A model generated the notes under the pieces. That model ran no database searches. It had not been told where the DNA came from and saw nothing but the letters and a program-made list of their open reading frames with translations. Below are positions 54,696 to 64,000 of a DNA stretch of 64,000 nt, one piece after another. Origin of the DNA: Bernardetia sp. ABR2-2B. GTDB taxonomy: Bacteria > Bacteroidota > Bacteroidia > Cytophagales > Bernardetiaceae. The DNA lies in the NCBI RefSeq assembly GCF_037126435.1, contig NZ_CP147020.1, positions 1,907,293-1,971,292 of the forward strand. Direction: 5' to 3'. The stretch's first letter is position 1. Every line of letters begins with the position of its first letter. Both the position numbers and the translations under genes were made by a program.

Positions 54696-55640
54696 TTATC
54701 TAACTATTTTTACATCAAGAGTAATTTTACCAGTTGTACCAGTTTCAATAGCTGAAACATGAGCTACACCATCTTTTCCACCAGCCGTTCTGAATGCAAA
54801 AACATCTCCTACGCTAAGTTGATTTACACGAGAAGCAGAACCTTCTCTTATATCTCCAGTTGAACCAATATTAGGTTCTGAACCATTTGTATAAGCTGCT
54901 GTAATCAACGAACCGTCATTAATAGCTTCAAAATCGTCTTCTGTCAATGCAGTATTTCTAAAACGAGTGTCATTCTGAACGCTCCAAGTCTGTACACCAC
55001 TTACTGCACTATTATATACAGCAGCTACAGAAGCATCTCTTGGAGAACCAATAACAGCTCCTTGTGAAGCAGCAGCTCCACCTTGTAAATAAGCCATATC
55101 AACAGCAGCAGCATTTTGTTTAGCAGCAGCTAAAAGATAAACAGTAGGAGTTGTACCGTCCATATCCACAAAACTACCTGTATTAGCTACATCTTGTCCA
55201 GCCAAAATAACAGCTTGAGAAGATGCATAAGCAATAGGGTCTGGAGCATCATTAATAGTTACAACAACGTCTTTTGTAGATGTAAGACCTGCAATATCAG
55301 TAGCTTGAATAGTAAAAGTAACTGAACTAGAAGCATCTGCAAGTAGTCCTGTGAATGTATAAACACCTGAATAACGAGTGTTATTGTCTGTAAAAGTAGT
55401 AGCTATTTGATCAGCTTGACCTGGATAAACAATACGTACTTCTGAGAGTTCGCTCTCAGTAGAAATTACTTGAAACGTAAAATCTACGCTCTGTCCTACG
55501 TCAATAGTTGCAGATTCAGGGTTTACAGTAATAGAAGGAGCTGCACTTGGGTCTTCAGTAGGGTCACAAGAAGAAAGCGTTCCGACTGCTAAAAGCATAA
55601 GAACTAAATACGAGAAATACGAAAAGATTGATTTTTTCAT
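54696..55640 (-). CDS. Lipoprotein with Ig-like beta domains, hypothetical
   Basis: Signal 'LAVGTLSSCDP'; Thr/Ser/Val-rich beta strands; somewhat higher GC than neighbours. Confidence 0.4.
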   Translation of the reverse strand: MKKSIFSYFSYLVLMLLAVGTLSSCDPTEDPSAAPSITVNPESATIDVGQSVDFTFQVISTESELSEVRIVYPGQADQIATTFTDNNTRYSGVYTFTGLLADASSSVTFTIQATDIAGLTSTKDVVVTINDAPDPIAYASSQAVILAGQDVANTGSFVDMDGTTPTVYLLAAAKQNAAAVDMAYLQGGAAASQGAVIGSPRDASVAAVYNSAVSGVQTWSVQNDTRFRNTALTEDDFEAINDGSLITAAYTNGSEPNIGSTGDIREGSASRVNQLSVGDVFAFRTAGGKDGVAHVSAIETGTTGKITLDVKIVR

Positions 55641-55808
55641 TTTAAAAAAATTTGATTGAATAAAAATAAAGAATTAAAAAATTGTTGGAATAAACTTGAT
55701 AATCCTAATTTGATAAATTTAAAGTTGCATATCAAAGCATAGATTAATCAAAAGTATTGCCAAGTTTACCGAAGTATCCTAAAAGCTCGTCGAAAGTGTC
55801 ATTATATT

Positions 55809-58800
55809 CTAATCTACTTCTACGACTTTCATTTTTTCGGTATAAACCAAAAAACGTCTGACCTTGCGTTTGCCCATTTGATAGAGAGCCGTTGCATAGC
55901 CATTGATTTGTTGTTGATGTTTTGGGTCTATTTGTCCTGTTTTGTAATCGATAAGAATAGCAGTATCGCCTTTTATCATCATACGGTCTGGACGCATAAC
56001 CCTGCGATTTCCTTTTTGGATAATTTCTTGTTCGTTTAAGATTTGATACGCATCTGGATTATCTGCGTTTTTGGAACTATCAATATCAGGACGAAAAAAT
56101 TCTGCTATCTGTTGCAGCATCATGACATTTTTCATTTTGGTTTCTAAACTTTTACGCTCATTTTCTGCAATAAGTCCTTCACTAATAAGGCTTTGAACTG
56201 CCTTTGGAGTATCATCTATGGTAAAGACTTTTTCAAAAGCATAGTGCATCAAAAGACCATCTTTCCTAGAATCATAGAAATCTTCTACTGTCAAGTAGCT
56301 TTCATCATAACGAAGATTATTCTTCCTCACTCTGATTTTATTTCTAGCTTCTGTACTGACAAGAGCCTTTATATTGAGCGTTTCTTTGTCTAAAACCTTG
56401 TTTTCGTGTTTTTTGTTTGAATTATCTTCAAATAGTATATATTCTTGAGGCTTTATCTTCTGAACATTATCAGCTTCTCTCAATAAGAAAAACCCTAATA
56501 AATCTGCAATATCTTTTACTTTATCAACATTAAAACTATCTTCTTTTGCTGTGTCATTTGTCTTAGCTTTTACTGGCTTTTTGTTTTCTAATTTGGAAAC
56601 CTCTTTTGTCAGAATGAACAGCTTTTCTGTTGGGCGTGTCAGACCGACATATAAATTATTAATGGCATCAATAAAATTTAATGACCATTCCTTTTTATAA
56701 TTTTCTGAAAAAATACCGTCTTTCATAGAATCACGCATCGACAAAATCATTGTAGATAAATCTGGCGCAATCGGATTGTCTTCCCATTCTACCCAAAGTT
56801 GGCTTGTTCCTCTTGGCGTAACTTTCCAATCTGCAAAAGGCATAATCACGACAGGGAACTCTAACCCTTTACTTTTATGGATTGTCATGACACGCAAAGC
56901 AGCTCCACCTTCAGGCGAAGAAATAGAAATACGCCCTTTTTTGCGTTCCCAATGTTCCAAAAAGTCTAAAAGATTATCATTCTTGTTTCTACTAAACTCA
57001 AATAAAACATCAAGTAATTTCTGAATATAAAGCTGTTCGGTATGATGGCGATAGAGTTCTAATTCTCTGATAAGCTCTTCGGCAATTTCATAAAGCGAAA
57101 GATGACGCAGAACAGGCATCGAAAGCGTTTTTTTGAACTGTTCTTTTATTATTCTTGTAAAATTCTCTTCATCTTCATTATTTACTTCATTTGCCAAATC
57201 AAAAGGAGGATTTTCAGACTGGTATTTCTGTTCTAAATGTTCTTCCAAAAACTCAATAATTTCTAATTTTCGTGGTGCATCGTTTGGCTGTTGCAACAAA
57301 AACATAAAATTAATAATCGTCTTGACGACCTTTGAAGAAATCAAAAGCAGAGAATCGCCTGAAATGACAGGAATTTTTTGTTCGATAAATTTTTCTGCCA
57401 AAAAAGCTCCCAAGCCGTTTGTTCTTACCAAAATGGTAATATCTTCTAATTTATAATTCTGTTTTTGTAAGTCTTTTACCAAATCTAGGCAATACTCAAA
57501 AGTGCGTTCTTGATATTCTTTTGTGCTTGTTTTTCTATCTTTTTCTACAAAACGCACCGAAACATGTCCTCCCTTTTCAAAAACGGTATCTTGCACCACT
57601 TCGGCATAATGCGAAGCCAAATCTGGAGAAACCGAATCAAAACGTTTTCTTACAAAATGAAATAACTTATTATTAAACTCTACAATATTTGGATTGCTAC
57701 GACGATTTGTTCCTAAGATTTGCTGATTGGCGTGTTCTTTAAAAATATCTACGTGTTCGGCAAGCATAGAATTTGGGTCTGCGCTCGGTACATTTGGAAG
57801 GTTTACCAAAAGGTCGGCATCTCCACTACGCCAACGATAAATCGCCTGTTTTGCATCGCCAACGACCATACTACGCATTCCGTTTGCCAAACTATTCGAA
57901 ACAAGTGGAATCAAATTATGCCATTGCATTTTTGAAGTATCTTGAAATTCATCTATCAAAATATGCTTAAATTTCTCTCCAATGCGTTCAAAAATATAGG
58001 GAACAGGCTCGTTTTCAACTATTGCATTAATTTTTTCATTAAACTCACTCAAATAAACGTGGTTCTTTTTCTCTTTTAAATATTCAATTTGATTTCCAAT
58101 TTCTTCTAAAAACATCATCTGAAAAATAAAACGGCGCATCATTCGGCTGTACGCATATTTTTCTTGGTATTCATTTTTTAAGGCTTCAATCTTCAAAACC
58201 ATCTCTTTTATTCTTGGAGAAAGCTCCCTTATCGCTTCCAATGCCGAACCTTTTGTTTTCTTGGCTGCCCATTTATCTAATTTTAAACCATCATTTGCGA
58301 TATAGGAATTTAGAGGTTTGTGTTTGTTCCACTCGTCTTTTACTTTTTCTTCATTTTTTGAATAGGTCAAAACGTGGTTATAAATTCCTCGTGTGGAATA
58401 GTGAAAATCACCAGCTTTCAAGCCATTTTCTTCAAAAGAACTCAACAAAATTCTACCAAAATCCATTGCCTGTGGAATGACCTCATTTTCTACCTTTTCG
58501 ATATACGAAAGATAGTCAGCCTTTACCATTTTTAGCTGCGTTTGGGTAAGTGCTTTTATTTTATCTACCGAATATTTCTTTGCTTCTTCAAAGATAATTT
58601 TACCAAAATCTAAAAGCCCTCTATCTACATTCCATGTTTTCTCATCTTGCGTTTCTTTCAAGACAAATTCTTTCATTACTTCACTCAAATGATTGTCGCC
58701 ACGCTCTCCAATTTTATAATACATTCGGCTGACAGCTTCTTCTAGTGCTTCTTCAATATCTAGTTGAATCTCAAAATTGGGTGGCAAATCTAAATCTTTG

Positions 58801-59213
58801 GTAAAGGCTTGTACAATCCTTTTGGAAAAAGAATCAATCGTAGAGACTGCAAAATCTGAATAATGATGTAAAATAGTTTGGTGCAGAGCCTTCGAACGCT
58901 TTACAATTTCCTCTTTTGTAATTTCTATTTGTGGATATTCAACACTAAGTTCCTTCAAAATATCGTGAAACATAGAATCCTCTTCTGCCGTTTCCAAGAC
59001 CGAAAAAGCATCTAGTTTGCTCACAATACGCTGCTTCATTTCCTTTGCTGCATCATTTGTAAAGGTTACAGCCAAAATATGACGGTAATAATGCACATCA
59101 AATTCGCCCAAAAGTTGAGGGTTTGGACTGGCTAAAGCCAATTTGATATATTCTTTTGTGAGTGTGTAGGTCTTGCCAGAACCTGCCGAAGAGCGATAGA
59201 TGGAGAAAAGCAT
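55809..59213 (-). CDS. UvrD-type helicase fused to PD-(D/E)XK nuclease (AddA-like helicase-nuclease)
   Basis: N-terminal Walker A 'AGSGKTYTL'. C-terminal RecB-type nuclease 'LIDYKTGQ...QQQINGYATAL'. Confidence 0.75.
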   Translation of the reverse strand: MLFSIYRSSAGSGKTYTLTKEYIKLALASPNPQLLGEFDVHYYRHILAVTFTNDAAKEMKQRIVSKLDAFSVLETAEEDSMFHDILKELSVEYPQIEITKEEIVKRSKALHQTILHHYSDFAVSTIDSFSKRIVQAFTKDLDLPPNFEIQLDIEEALEEAVSRMYYKIGERGDNHLSEVMKEFVLKETQDEKTWNVDRGLLDFGKIIFEEAKKYSVDKIKALTQTQLKMVKADYLSYIEKVENEVIPQAMDFGRILLSSFEENGLKAGDFHYSTRGIYNHVLTYSKNEEKVKDEWNKHKPLNSYIANDGLKLDKWAAKKTKGSALEAIRELSPRIKEMVLKIEALKNEYQEKYAYSRMMRRFIFQMMFLEEIGNQIEYLKEKKNHVYLSEFNEKINAIVENEPVPYIFERIGEKFKHILIDEFQDTSKMQWHNLIPLVSNSLANGMRSMVVGDAKQAIYRWRSGDADLLVNLPNVPSADPNSMLAEHVDIFKEHANQQILGTNRRSNPNIVEFNNKLFHFVRKRFDSVSPDLASHYAEVVQDTVFEKGGHVSVRFVEKDRKTSTKEYQERTFEYCLDLVKDLQKQNYKLEDITILVRTNGLGAFLAEKFIEQKIPVISGDSLLLISSKVVKTIINFMFLLQQPNDAPRKLEIIEFLEEHLEQKYQSENPPFDLANEVNNEDEENFTRIIKEQFKKTLSMPVLRHLSLYEIAEELIRELELYRHHTEQLYIQKLLDVLFEFSRNKNDNLLDFLEHWERKKGRISISSPEGGAALRVMTIHKSKGLEFPVVIMPFADWKVTPRGTSQLWVEWEDNPIAPDLSTMILSMRDSMKDGIFSENYKKEWSLNFIDAINNLYVGLTRPTEKLFILTKEVSKLENKKPVKAKTNDTAKEDSFNVDKVKDIADLLGFFLLREADNVQKIKPQEYILFEDNSNKKHENKVLDKETLNIKALVSTEARNKIRVRKNNLRYDESYLTVEDFYDSRKDGLLMHYAFEKVFTIDDTPKAVQSLISEGLIAENERKSLETKMKNVMMLQQIAEFFRPDIDSSKNADNPDAYQILNEQEIIQKGNRRVMRPDRMMIKGDTAILIDYKTGQIDPKHQQQINGYATALYQMGKRKVRRFLVYTEKMKVVEVD

Positions 59214-59356
59214 ATTTTTTTCAATTACGAATGTTTCAATTACGAATTACGAATTTGAAGGTACGTTATTTTTTAGCATTTTGCTAGTGGAGTGAACTGT
59301 TTATTATAGTTGGCTGTTATTGCAATTAAAATTGAGAGATAATTAATCTTGACAAA

Positions 59357-60064
59357 ATGAGGATAATCGAAAAACATGAAGATAACAGTATGCTTATTTT
59401 AGCATTTGGAGAGTTAAAGTCTTATTTAGACAAGGCAAAAAAACTTGAAAAACGACCACCAATTTCTCAGAAAGAAAAATATTTGATAGATATAGCATTA
59501 AGTGCTAATAATATAACGGAATGCCTTGACCAAGTATATTTTTCTACTGAATTACTGTCAGGTTATAAACAAAGGAAAAAATCAATTATGACTAGGTATG
59601 ATTATATCGTCTTTATGGTTGAAAACTTTTATTTAAGACTGACATCTACATTCGATAGAGTATTAAGATTAACGAATTTGGTGTTTGATATAGGTTTACC
59701 AGAAAGAGAATGTAAACAATCAACCATAATACAAAACTCTAAAATAAAAACTACTCCTGTTGCTACGAATTTGAAAAAAATAGAAAAAATTATAAATAGT
59801 TATCGTAAAACTAGGAATCAGATTGCTCACTCAGAGACTTATGATGGACAAACTCTTGGTGAAGAAAACCTTTTTGATATTAGAGCATTTTACTTAGTAA
59901 GACACGAGTTCAAAAATGACAATAAGATGCAAATTTTGATGAAGCTTGAAATCGATAACTATGTGAAAGACAAAAAAGTAGAACTAAATGAAATTACAAG
60001 AAAACTCGAAAAAGCAGTTATTGAACTATTTGAATCTTTGACACCTTTTATAGAAAAAAAATAA
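59357..60064 (+). CDS. HEPN-domain protein (solo; Rx4H motif)
   Basis: 'YRKTRNQIAHSETY' is a canonical R-N-x-x-A-H HEPN motif; otherwise a helical, K/E-rich 235-aa protein. Confidence 0.5.
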   Translation: MRIIEKHEDNSMLILAFGELKSYLDKAKKLEKRPPISQKEKYLIDIALSANNITECLDQVYFSTELLSGYKQRKKSIMTRYDYIVFMVENFYLRLTSTFDRVLRLTNLVFDIGLPERECKQSTIIQNSKIKTTPVATNLKKIEKIINSYRKTRNQIAHSETYDGQTLGEENLFDIRAFYLVRHEFKNDNKMQILMKLEIDNYVKDKKVELNEITRKLEKAVIELFESLTPFIEKK

Positions 60065-60104
60065 TTTATATATCTCAACATGAGTGAAATTCTTCAAATT
60101 CAAA

Positions 60105-60165
60105 GCTGTTGCCTTTGTCTTTACTTTCGGCTTGCCGTTACGATGATCAACAACAGAAATACGCA
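60105..60165 (+). repeat. Short copy 4 of palindromic repeat unit
   Basis: 'gttgcctttgtctttactttcggcttgccgttacgatgatcaacaacag'. Confidence 0.6.
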
Positions 60166-60201
60166 TAAAGCTAAGGTAAAATAGTTGTTTTTTCACTTTC
60201 A

Positions 60202-60849
60202 ATGAGCAATGCTTTTAGTGATAAGTTAGTAGATTTGTGGAAGTCTTTTTGTTGGTCATCACAACGGCAAGCCGAAGTTAAAGACCAACAAAGGCGAGTA
60301 TTACATTTATATAAACGTTGTGTCCAATTAGAAAAAATGAAAAACGAACCAGAAATATTCAAATATCAAAAAGGAAAGAAAATCGGAGAAATCTTGACAA
60401 TGGTTTCGATTGTCACTTTGATAGTATTCATTCTGGATTCAAATGGAAGTGAAATAACCAAAATACTTCTAACAATTCTGATGACTGTTTTTTTGATTTT
60501 TATGATAAGTTATACCTATTTACTAAATGAAAATTTCCAGATTGACTCAGAAGCATTAACAATTAAGAAGAAAATAGGTAATTCCAATAAAATCCCATTT
60601 AAAAATATTCGCAGAGTTACGATACGAGAGAAAGAAAATTCAGTAGAAACAAATCACTTTGCGATGACAGTATTTGAAAGAAATAAAAATACGAGGATAA
60701 TAGTATCAGATTTAGACAACCGATTCAAGATGATTAATCTATTCGAACAAAAAGGAAGGGATTTTGGATTCAACGTTATCCACCAGAACATAAATGGAAA
60801 AATAATAAGAGAAATAAAAAAGAGGAAAACTGGACACAACAAAGGCTAA
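60202..60849 (+). CDS. Membrane protein with two TM helices and bacterial PH-like domain, hypothetical
   Basis: TMs 'ILTMVSIVTLIVFIL' and 'ILLTILMTVFLIFMISYTYLL'. Start may be the internal Met, since the 5' end overlaps repeat copy 4. Confidence 0.4.
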   Translation: MSNAFSDKLVDLWKSFCWSSQRQAEVKDQQRRVLHLYKRCVQLEKMKNEPEIFKYQKGKKIGEILTMVSIVTLIVFILDSNGSEITKILLTILMTVFLIFMISYTYLLNENFQIDSEALTIKKKIGNSNKIPFKNIRRVTIREKENSVETNHFAMTVFERNKNTRIIVSDLDNRFKMINLFEQKGRDFGFNVIHQNINGKIIREIKKRKTGHNKG

Positions 60850-60859
60850 AACGTTCATA

Positions 60860-61100
60860 GCTAGCAAAAGCTGGCTACGCCGTTTAGCCGGACCGTTGCT
60901 ATGTCATAACTTCGCTTCGCTCCGTTATGACATAGCAACGTGCGTAGGCTAATCGCCTGTGTGGTGTCGCTCCACTTCGTTACGCCACACAACCCAGGCT
61001 ATGCGATAATTTTTTATCTTTAAGCCCCATCTGGCGCAAGGTTCTCCTTGTGTCTATTATTTTGTCAGCATATGCTGACGAAAAAGCAAGTACAAGATAG
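60860..61100. ncRNA. GC-rich block with multiple perfect hairpins; candidate structured RNA or recombination site
   Basis: 17-bp perfect stem 'cgttgctatgtcataac...gttatgacatagcaacg'; second hairpin 'gcctgtgtgg...ccacacaacccaggc' (both loops contain 'tcgctcc'); 16-bp palindrome 'gtcagcatatgctgac'. GC content far above surroundings. Confidence 0.2.
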
Positions 61101-61170
61101 AATCTTGCACTAGAGTATCAATATTTCTGCGTTCTCGTTGGTCTTCAAAAAGTCAAAAGCATTAATAAAA

Positions 61171-61225
61171 AGCCGTTGCCTTTGTCTTTAGTTTCGGTTT
61201 GCCGTTACGATGACCAACAATAGAA
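61171..61225 (+). repeat. Short copy 5 of palindromic repeat unit
   Basis: 'gccgttgcctttgtctttagtttcggtttgccgttacgatgaccaacaatag'. Confidence 0.6.
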
Positions 61226-61343
61226 AAAAACAATAATTAGATTTATATTATATTTGTAATATTGAGTTTATGTAAACGTTAGGCTCAATGTAACAAGACT
61301 ACGGACTCTTCGTCTTCCATTAACAAACCAATCAGAAGTTCAA

Positions 61344-62198
61344 ATGCTAGAAAATTTATCGGAACGAAAAGAAACTTGGAAAACAATCTTTCTATTTCTT
61401 GCAATCGTTATTCTTCTTACTTCACCTTTTCATTATGCCATAGTTAATTTGTATCCATCACGAATATATGTTGGAGCTATAATGTGGTGTCCTGCAATTG
61501 CCGCATTTATTACCTTAAAAATAAAAGGTCGTAAGGTTTCATCTCTAAATTGGAATTGGGGAAATTGGAAATATATTCGCCTTTCTTATTTTATTCCTGC
61601 TTTATATGGCTTAATCACTTATATACTCATTTGGTTTTTTGGTTTTGGAAGTTTAACAAATGAAGAAGCAATTACAGATTGGGGAAAAGAACTTGGTTTG
61701 ATTGGAATAGGAACTTTAAATCCTACATCAATTACAATCATAGCTATTATCTTATTAGGAACTATTGAAGTCATAAGAGCAGCAGCAACAACTTTAGGGG
61801 AAGAAATTGGATGGAGAGGTTTTTTCATTTATGAATTAAGAAAAGTTCTTTCTTTTACTGGTGTTTCCATTTTTAGTGGAATTATTTGGGCTGCTTGGCA
61901 TTGGCCACTACTTGTTTACTATAGTAATAATATGCTATTAGAATTTATAACATTCTTCATCGTAATCATTTCTATGTCCTTCATTATGACCTACTACGCT
62001 TTTAAATCTAAAAGCCTATGGCCAGCAGTAATTTTTCACGCAGTAAGCAATGTATATATTCAAAAAATATTACCTGAATTAACCATTAAAAATGAAGGAA
62101 TGGAACATTGGCTTGGTGAGAACGGAATTATGTTTGCAATCGTGACTTGCATTTTTGGAATTTACTTTTGGAGAAAAGCAATTAAAGAAAAATTGTAA
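61344..62198 (+). CDS. CPBP-family intramembrane metalloprotease (CAAX protease / Abi-like)
   Basis: 'GEEIGWRGF' (EExxxR), 'AAWHWP' (FxxxH-like) and 'FHAVSN' motifs in TM helices. Confidence 0.8.
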   Translation: MLENLSERKETWKTIFLFLAIVILLTSPFHYAIVNLYPSRIYVGAIMWCPAIAAFITLKIKGRKVSSLNWNWGNWKYIRLSYFIPALYGLITYILIWFFGFGSLTNEEAITDWGKELGLIGIGTLNPTSITIIAIILLGTIEVIRAAATTLGEEIGWRGFFIYELRKVLSFTGVSIFSGIIWAAWHWPLLVYYSNNMLLEFITFFIVIISMSFIMTYYAFKSKSLWPAVIFHAVSNVYIQKILPELTIKNEGMEHWLGENGIMFAIVTCIFGIYFWRKAIKEKL

Positions 62199-62205
62199 AT
62201 AAAAA

Positions 62206-62290
62206 ACCCTGCTCTGCCTCGCAAGAATAAAATAGCTCTTGCTCGTTTTTAACGAGTGAGTTATATGTATTCGGCATTTTGCCATGATTT
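62206..62290 (+). repeat. Partial copy of the 3' module of the extended repeat
   Basis: 'cgagtgagttatatgtattcggcattttgccatgattttt' vs 'cgagtgagcaatatgtattcggcttgtagccgtgcatttc' in copies 1/2. Confidence 0.45.
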
Positions 62291-62383
62291 TTGTATTCAA
62301 AATTGAGAGAAAAAAGATTATTAAGTTTCGCTGTCGTTGATATTGCTACTCTAAAATATCACTAAGGGTAGTGATAAGCTCAC

Positions 62384-62830
62384 TTACTTTACTCTTATCC
62401 ATCTTGCCATGTAGTCGTATTTTTTTTCTTTTATTTCTTCTATTCTAATAGAGATAGAATCTATGGCATGTATTTTAAAGTCTCTATCTTTTAGCTTTTT
62501 ACCATATTTTATTGTCAGAATAGAATCTTCTGTGTTCACTTCCCAAGAGCCGTATTTTCCAGCGTATGATTTTTTGAGTTCGCTTCTTCTTCTCCAATAT
62601 GTTTTGTCTGCCGAGAAAAGCATATAGTTTCTATAAATTCGGTTACTTCCAAAACCAGAAATAGAAGACCACCACCTACCCACAATTTGCTGTTCTAACG
62701 GACTAAGCTTTTCTATTCCTATTCTATGAGCTGCTAATCTTTTTTCTTCTGTTACTTCAAAATGAGAAGCTGTGAGATAAATAGCTGCAAATATGGCAAC
62801 TGATAATAAAGTGTAAATTATTTTTTTCAT
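62384..62830 (-). CDS. Lipoprotein/secreted protein, hypothetical
   Basis: Signal 'LLSVAIFAAIYLTASH'. Confidence 0.4.
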   Translation of the reverse strand: MKKIIYTLLSVAIFAAIYLTASHFEVTEEKRLAAHRIGIEKLSPLEQQIVGRWWSSISGFGSNRIYRNYMLFSADKTYWRRRSELKKSYAGKYGSWEVNTEDSILTIKYGKKLKDRDFKIHAIDSISIRIEEIKEKKYDYMARWIRVK

Positions 62831-62862
62831 AAATGAATGTAGAGAGAAAATTCAATTTTTTA

Positions 62863-63951
62863 TCAATCCTCCAACGTCTGTAAATCTTTCCAAATGCGTT
62901 GAATTACATTTTCTTCTTTTGGATTATAAACCCAGTTATGGTCAAAGACTTCTAAAATTTCGGCATTGGCATCTTTAGCAATCGCCAAACTATGAAAACG
63001 AGTATCTTTTTGGCGTTCGGTTTCCATTCGCTTTATAAAATCTTCTCTCAAAGAATACATTACAAAATCTGAAACCATCAAAACATCAGCATCTTTAAAG
63101 TCATTTTCTTTCAAAAGTGTTAGCGTTTCTGAAAGGGCAGGTGTTGCATCTGTTCCTCCGTCAAAAGACATAGAAAGAAAATCTACAATTCTGTCTAAAG
63201 ATTCGGCAATATCATCTAAGCGAATTTTCTTTATTCCTACCGAAAAAGAAATTAAATAGGCTTTACGGCTTTCCTTAGCAGCCATTTTCATAATAGCAAA
63301 ACATAAAGTTTTAGCAATCTGTGAAGGTGTTCCTTGCATCGAACCACTCGTATCGATACAAACTACAAATGCTCCTTTTTCTTTCTTTTTTTGATGTTGA
63401 TGCGAAAATGTTTCTTCTTCCGAATTAAAAACTGTCTTTGTTCCCTCATACTGAAAAGACAAGAGCTGACTATCAGCATATTTTTTCAAAAACATCCACT
63501 CTGTTTCTGGATTTCCTAAAAAGGCAATTTCGGAAGGCAAAACAGTATTTAGGTCATTACTCATTCGTGTTCCATTTATTTCAGAACGCAAATGTGGGTC
63601 TTTTACTTTTGATTGATAAACGACAACTTCTTTATACTCTTCTTCTTCGGTTTCTATCTGTGCTTCACGCATTTTTCCTAGCAAATCAACAAGTTCTTGA
63701 ATAGCTGTTTCGTTTTCTAAAAGGTCGGCATATTTTTCTAGTGCTTCGAAGCCTGTTTTTTTCCAAAGAGCTTGAGACAAATCCCAATAACGTCCCACTT
63801 CCATAGCAAAAGGAGAAATCAGTTTGCCTAGTTTTTCCAAATCATCAGCTTTTTGATAGAGTTTTTGAGAAAAATCTTCACTTGCTTCTTCTAAATATTG
63901 CGCTTGAAATTCTAGCCATTTTGCAGTCAGCAAAGCATCCCATTGAGCCAA
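62863..63951 (-). CDS. von Willebrand factor A (vWA) domain protein
   Basis: MIDAS 'VVCIDTSGSM' and 'DGGTD'. Annotated start is a TTG directly after an in-frame TGA, so the true start is uncertain. Confidence 0.65.
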   Translation of the reverse strand: MAQWDALLTAKWLEFQAQYLEEASEDFSQKLYQKADDLEKLGKLISPFAMEVGRYWDLSQALWKKTGFEALEKYADLLENETAIQELVDLLGKMREAQIETEEEEYKEVVVYQSKVKDPHLRSEINGTRMSNDLNTVLPSEIAFLGNPETEWMFLKKYADSQLLSFQYEGTKTVFNSEEETFSHQHQKKKEKGAFVVCIDTSGSMQGTPSQIAKTLCFAIMKMAAKESRKAYLISFSVGIKKIRLDDIAESLDRIVDFLSMSFDGGTDATPALSETLTLLKENDFKDADVLMVSDFVMYSLREDFIKRMETERQKDTRFHSLAIAKDANAEILEVFDHNWVYNPKEENVIQRIWKDLQTLED

Positions 63952-64000
63952 AAGGTCAGCAATCAGAATATCTAAAGGGAGTTTTTTTTCTGCTTGTGGG

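Noticed and set aside
60850-61110. Retron msr/msd ncRNA interpretation of the GC-rich hairpin block
   Set aside because: No reverse transcriptase gene is adjacent, and no a1/a2 flanking inverted repeats were identified. Kept only as a generic structured-RNA candidate.
1-64000. CRISPR arrays, rRNA and tRNA genes
   Set aside because: No regularly spaced direct repeats with unique spacers and no rRNA-like conserved blocks. Scanning GC-rich patches found no tRNA cloverleaf.

Overview
AT-rich (~33-35% GC) Bacteroidetes-type chromosome segment (Flavobacteriia/Cytophagia-like). Identifications rest on protein motifs read by eye from the translations; no searches were run.

Backbone genes: GT2 glycosyltransferase fragment, rhodanese, CapA, gliding-motility gldB-gldC, pyrC, AsmA-family, an FNR-like regulator beside a cbb3 oxidase cluster (ccoS-ccoNO-ccoQ-ccoP-ccoG-fixH, with hemA and a TauE/SafE-like gene), the divergent P-type ATPase ccoI, rlmN, truA, sufS, a ClC channel, mgtE and an AddA-like helicase-nuclease.

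Accessory content: (1) a single-gene HNH-nuclease/ABC-type ATPase fusion (Septu-like). (2) A co-directional three-gene operon (Panacea-like+DUF488 fusion; 271-aa unknown; 908-aa protein with a type ISP/IIG-like C-terminal block but no NPPY motif), a candidate uncharacterised defence system. (3) Directly downstream of it, a lipoprotein toxin with an RHS-core end motif and an HExxH C-terminal domain, followed by small lipoprotein genes including a paralogous pair (candidate immunity genes). (4) A type II C5-cytosine R-M pair inserted in the cco locus. (5) An IS4-family IS with 26-bp terminal inverted repeats. (6) A family of palindromic REP/MITE-like repeats (5 short copies; two ~275-bp extended copies flank a membrane-protein gene). 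(7) A C10 homopolymer tract upstream of a secreted lipase-like gene (possible phase variation). (8) A solo HEPN (Rx4H) protein. (9) A GC-rich multi-hairpin intergenic block that could be a structured RNA. (10) Duplicated promoter-like elements and repeated CCCTAAGGG hairpins inside the cco cluster.

No rRNA, tRNA or CRISPR array was seen.
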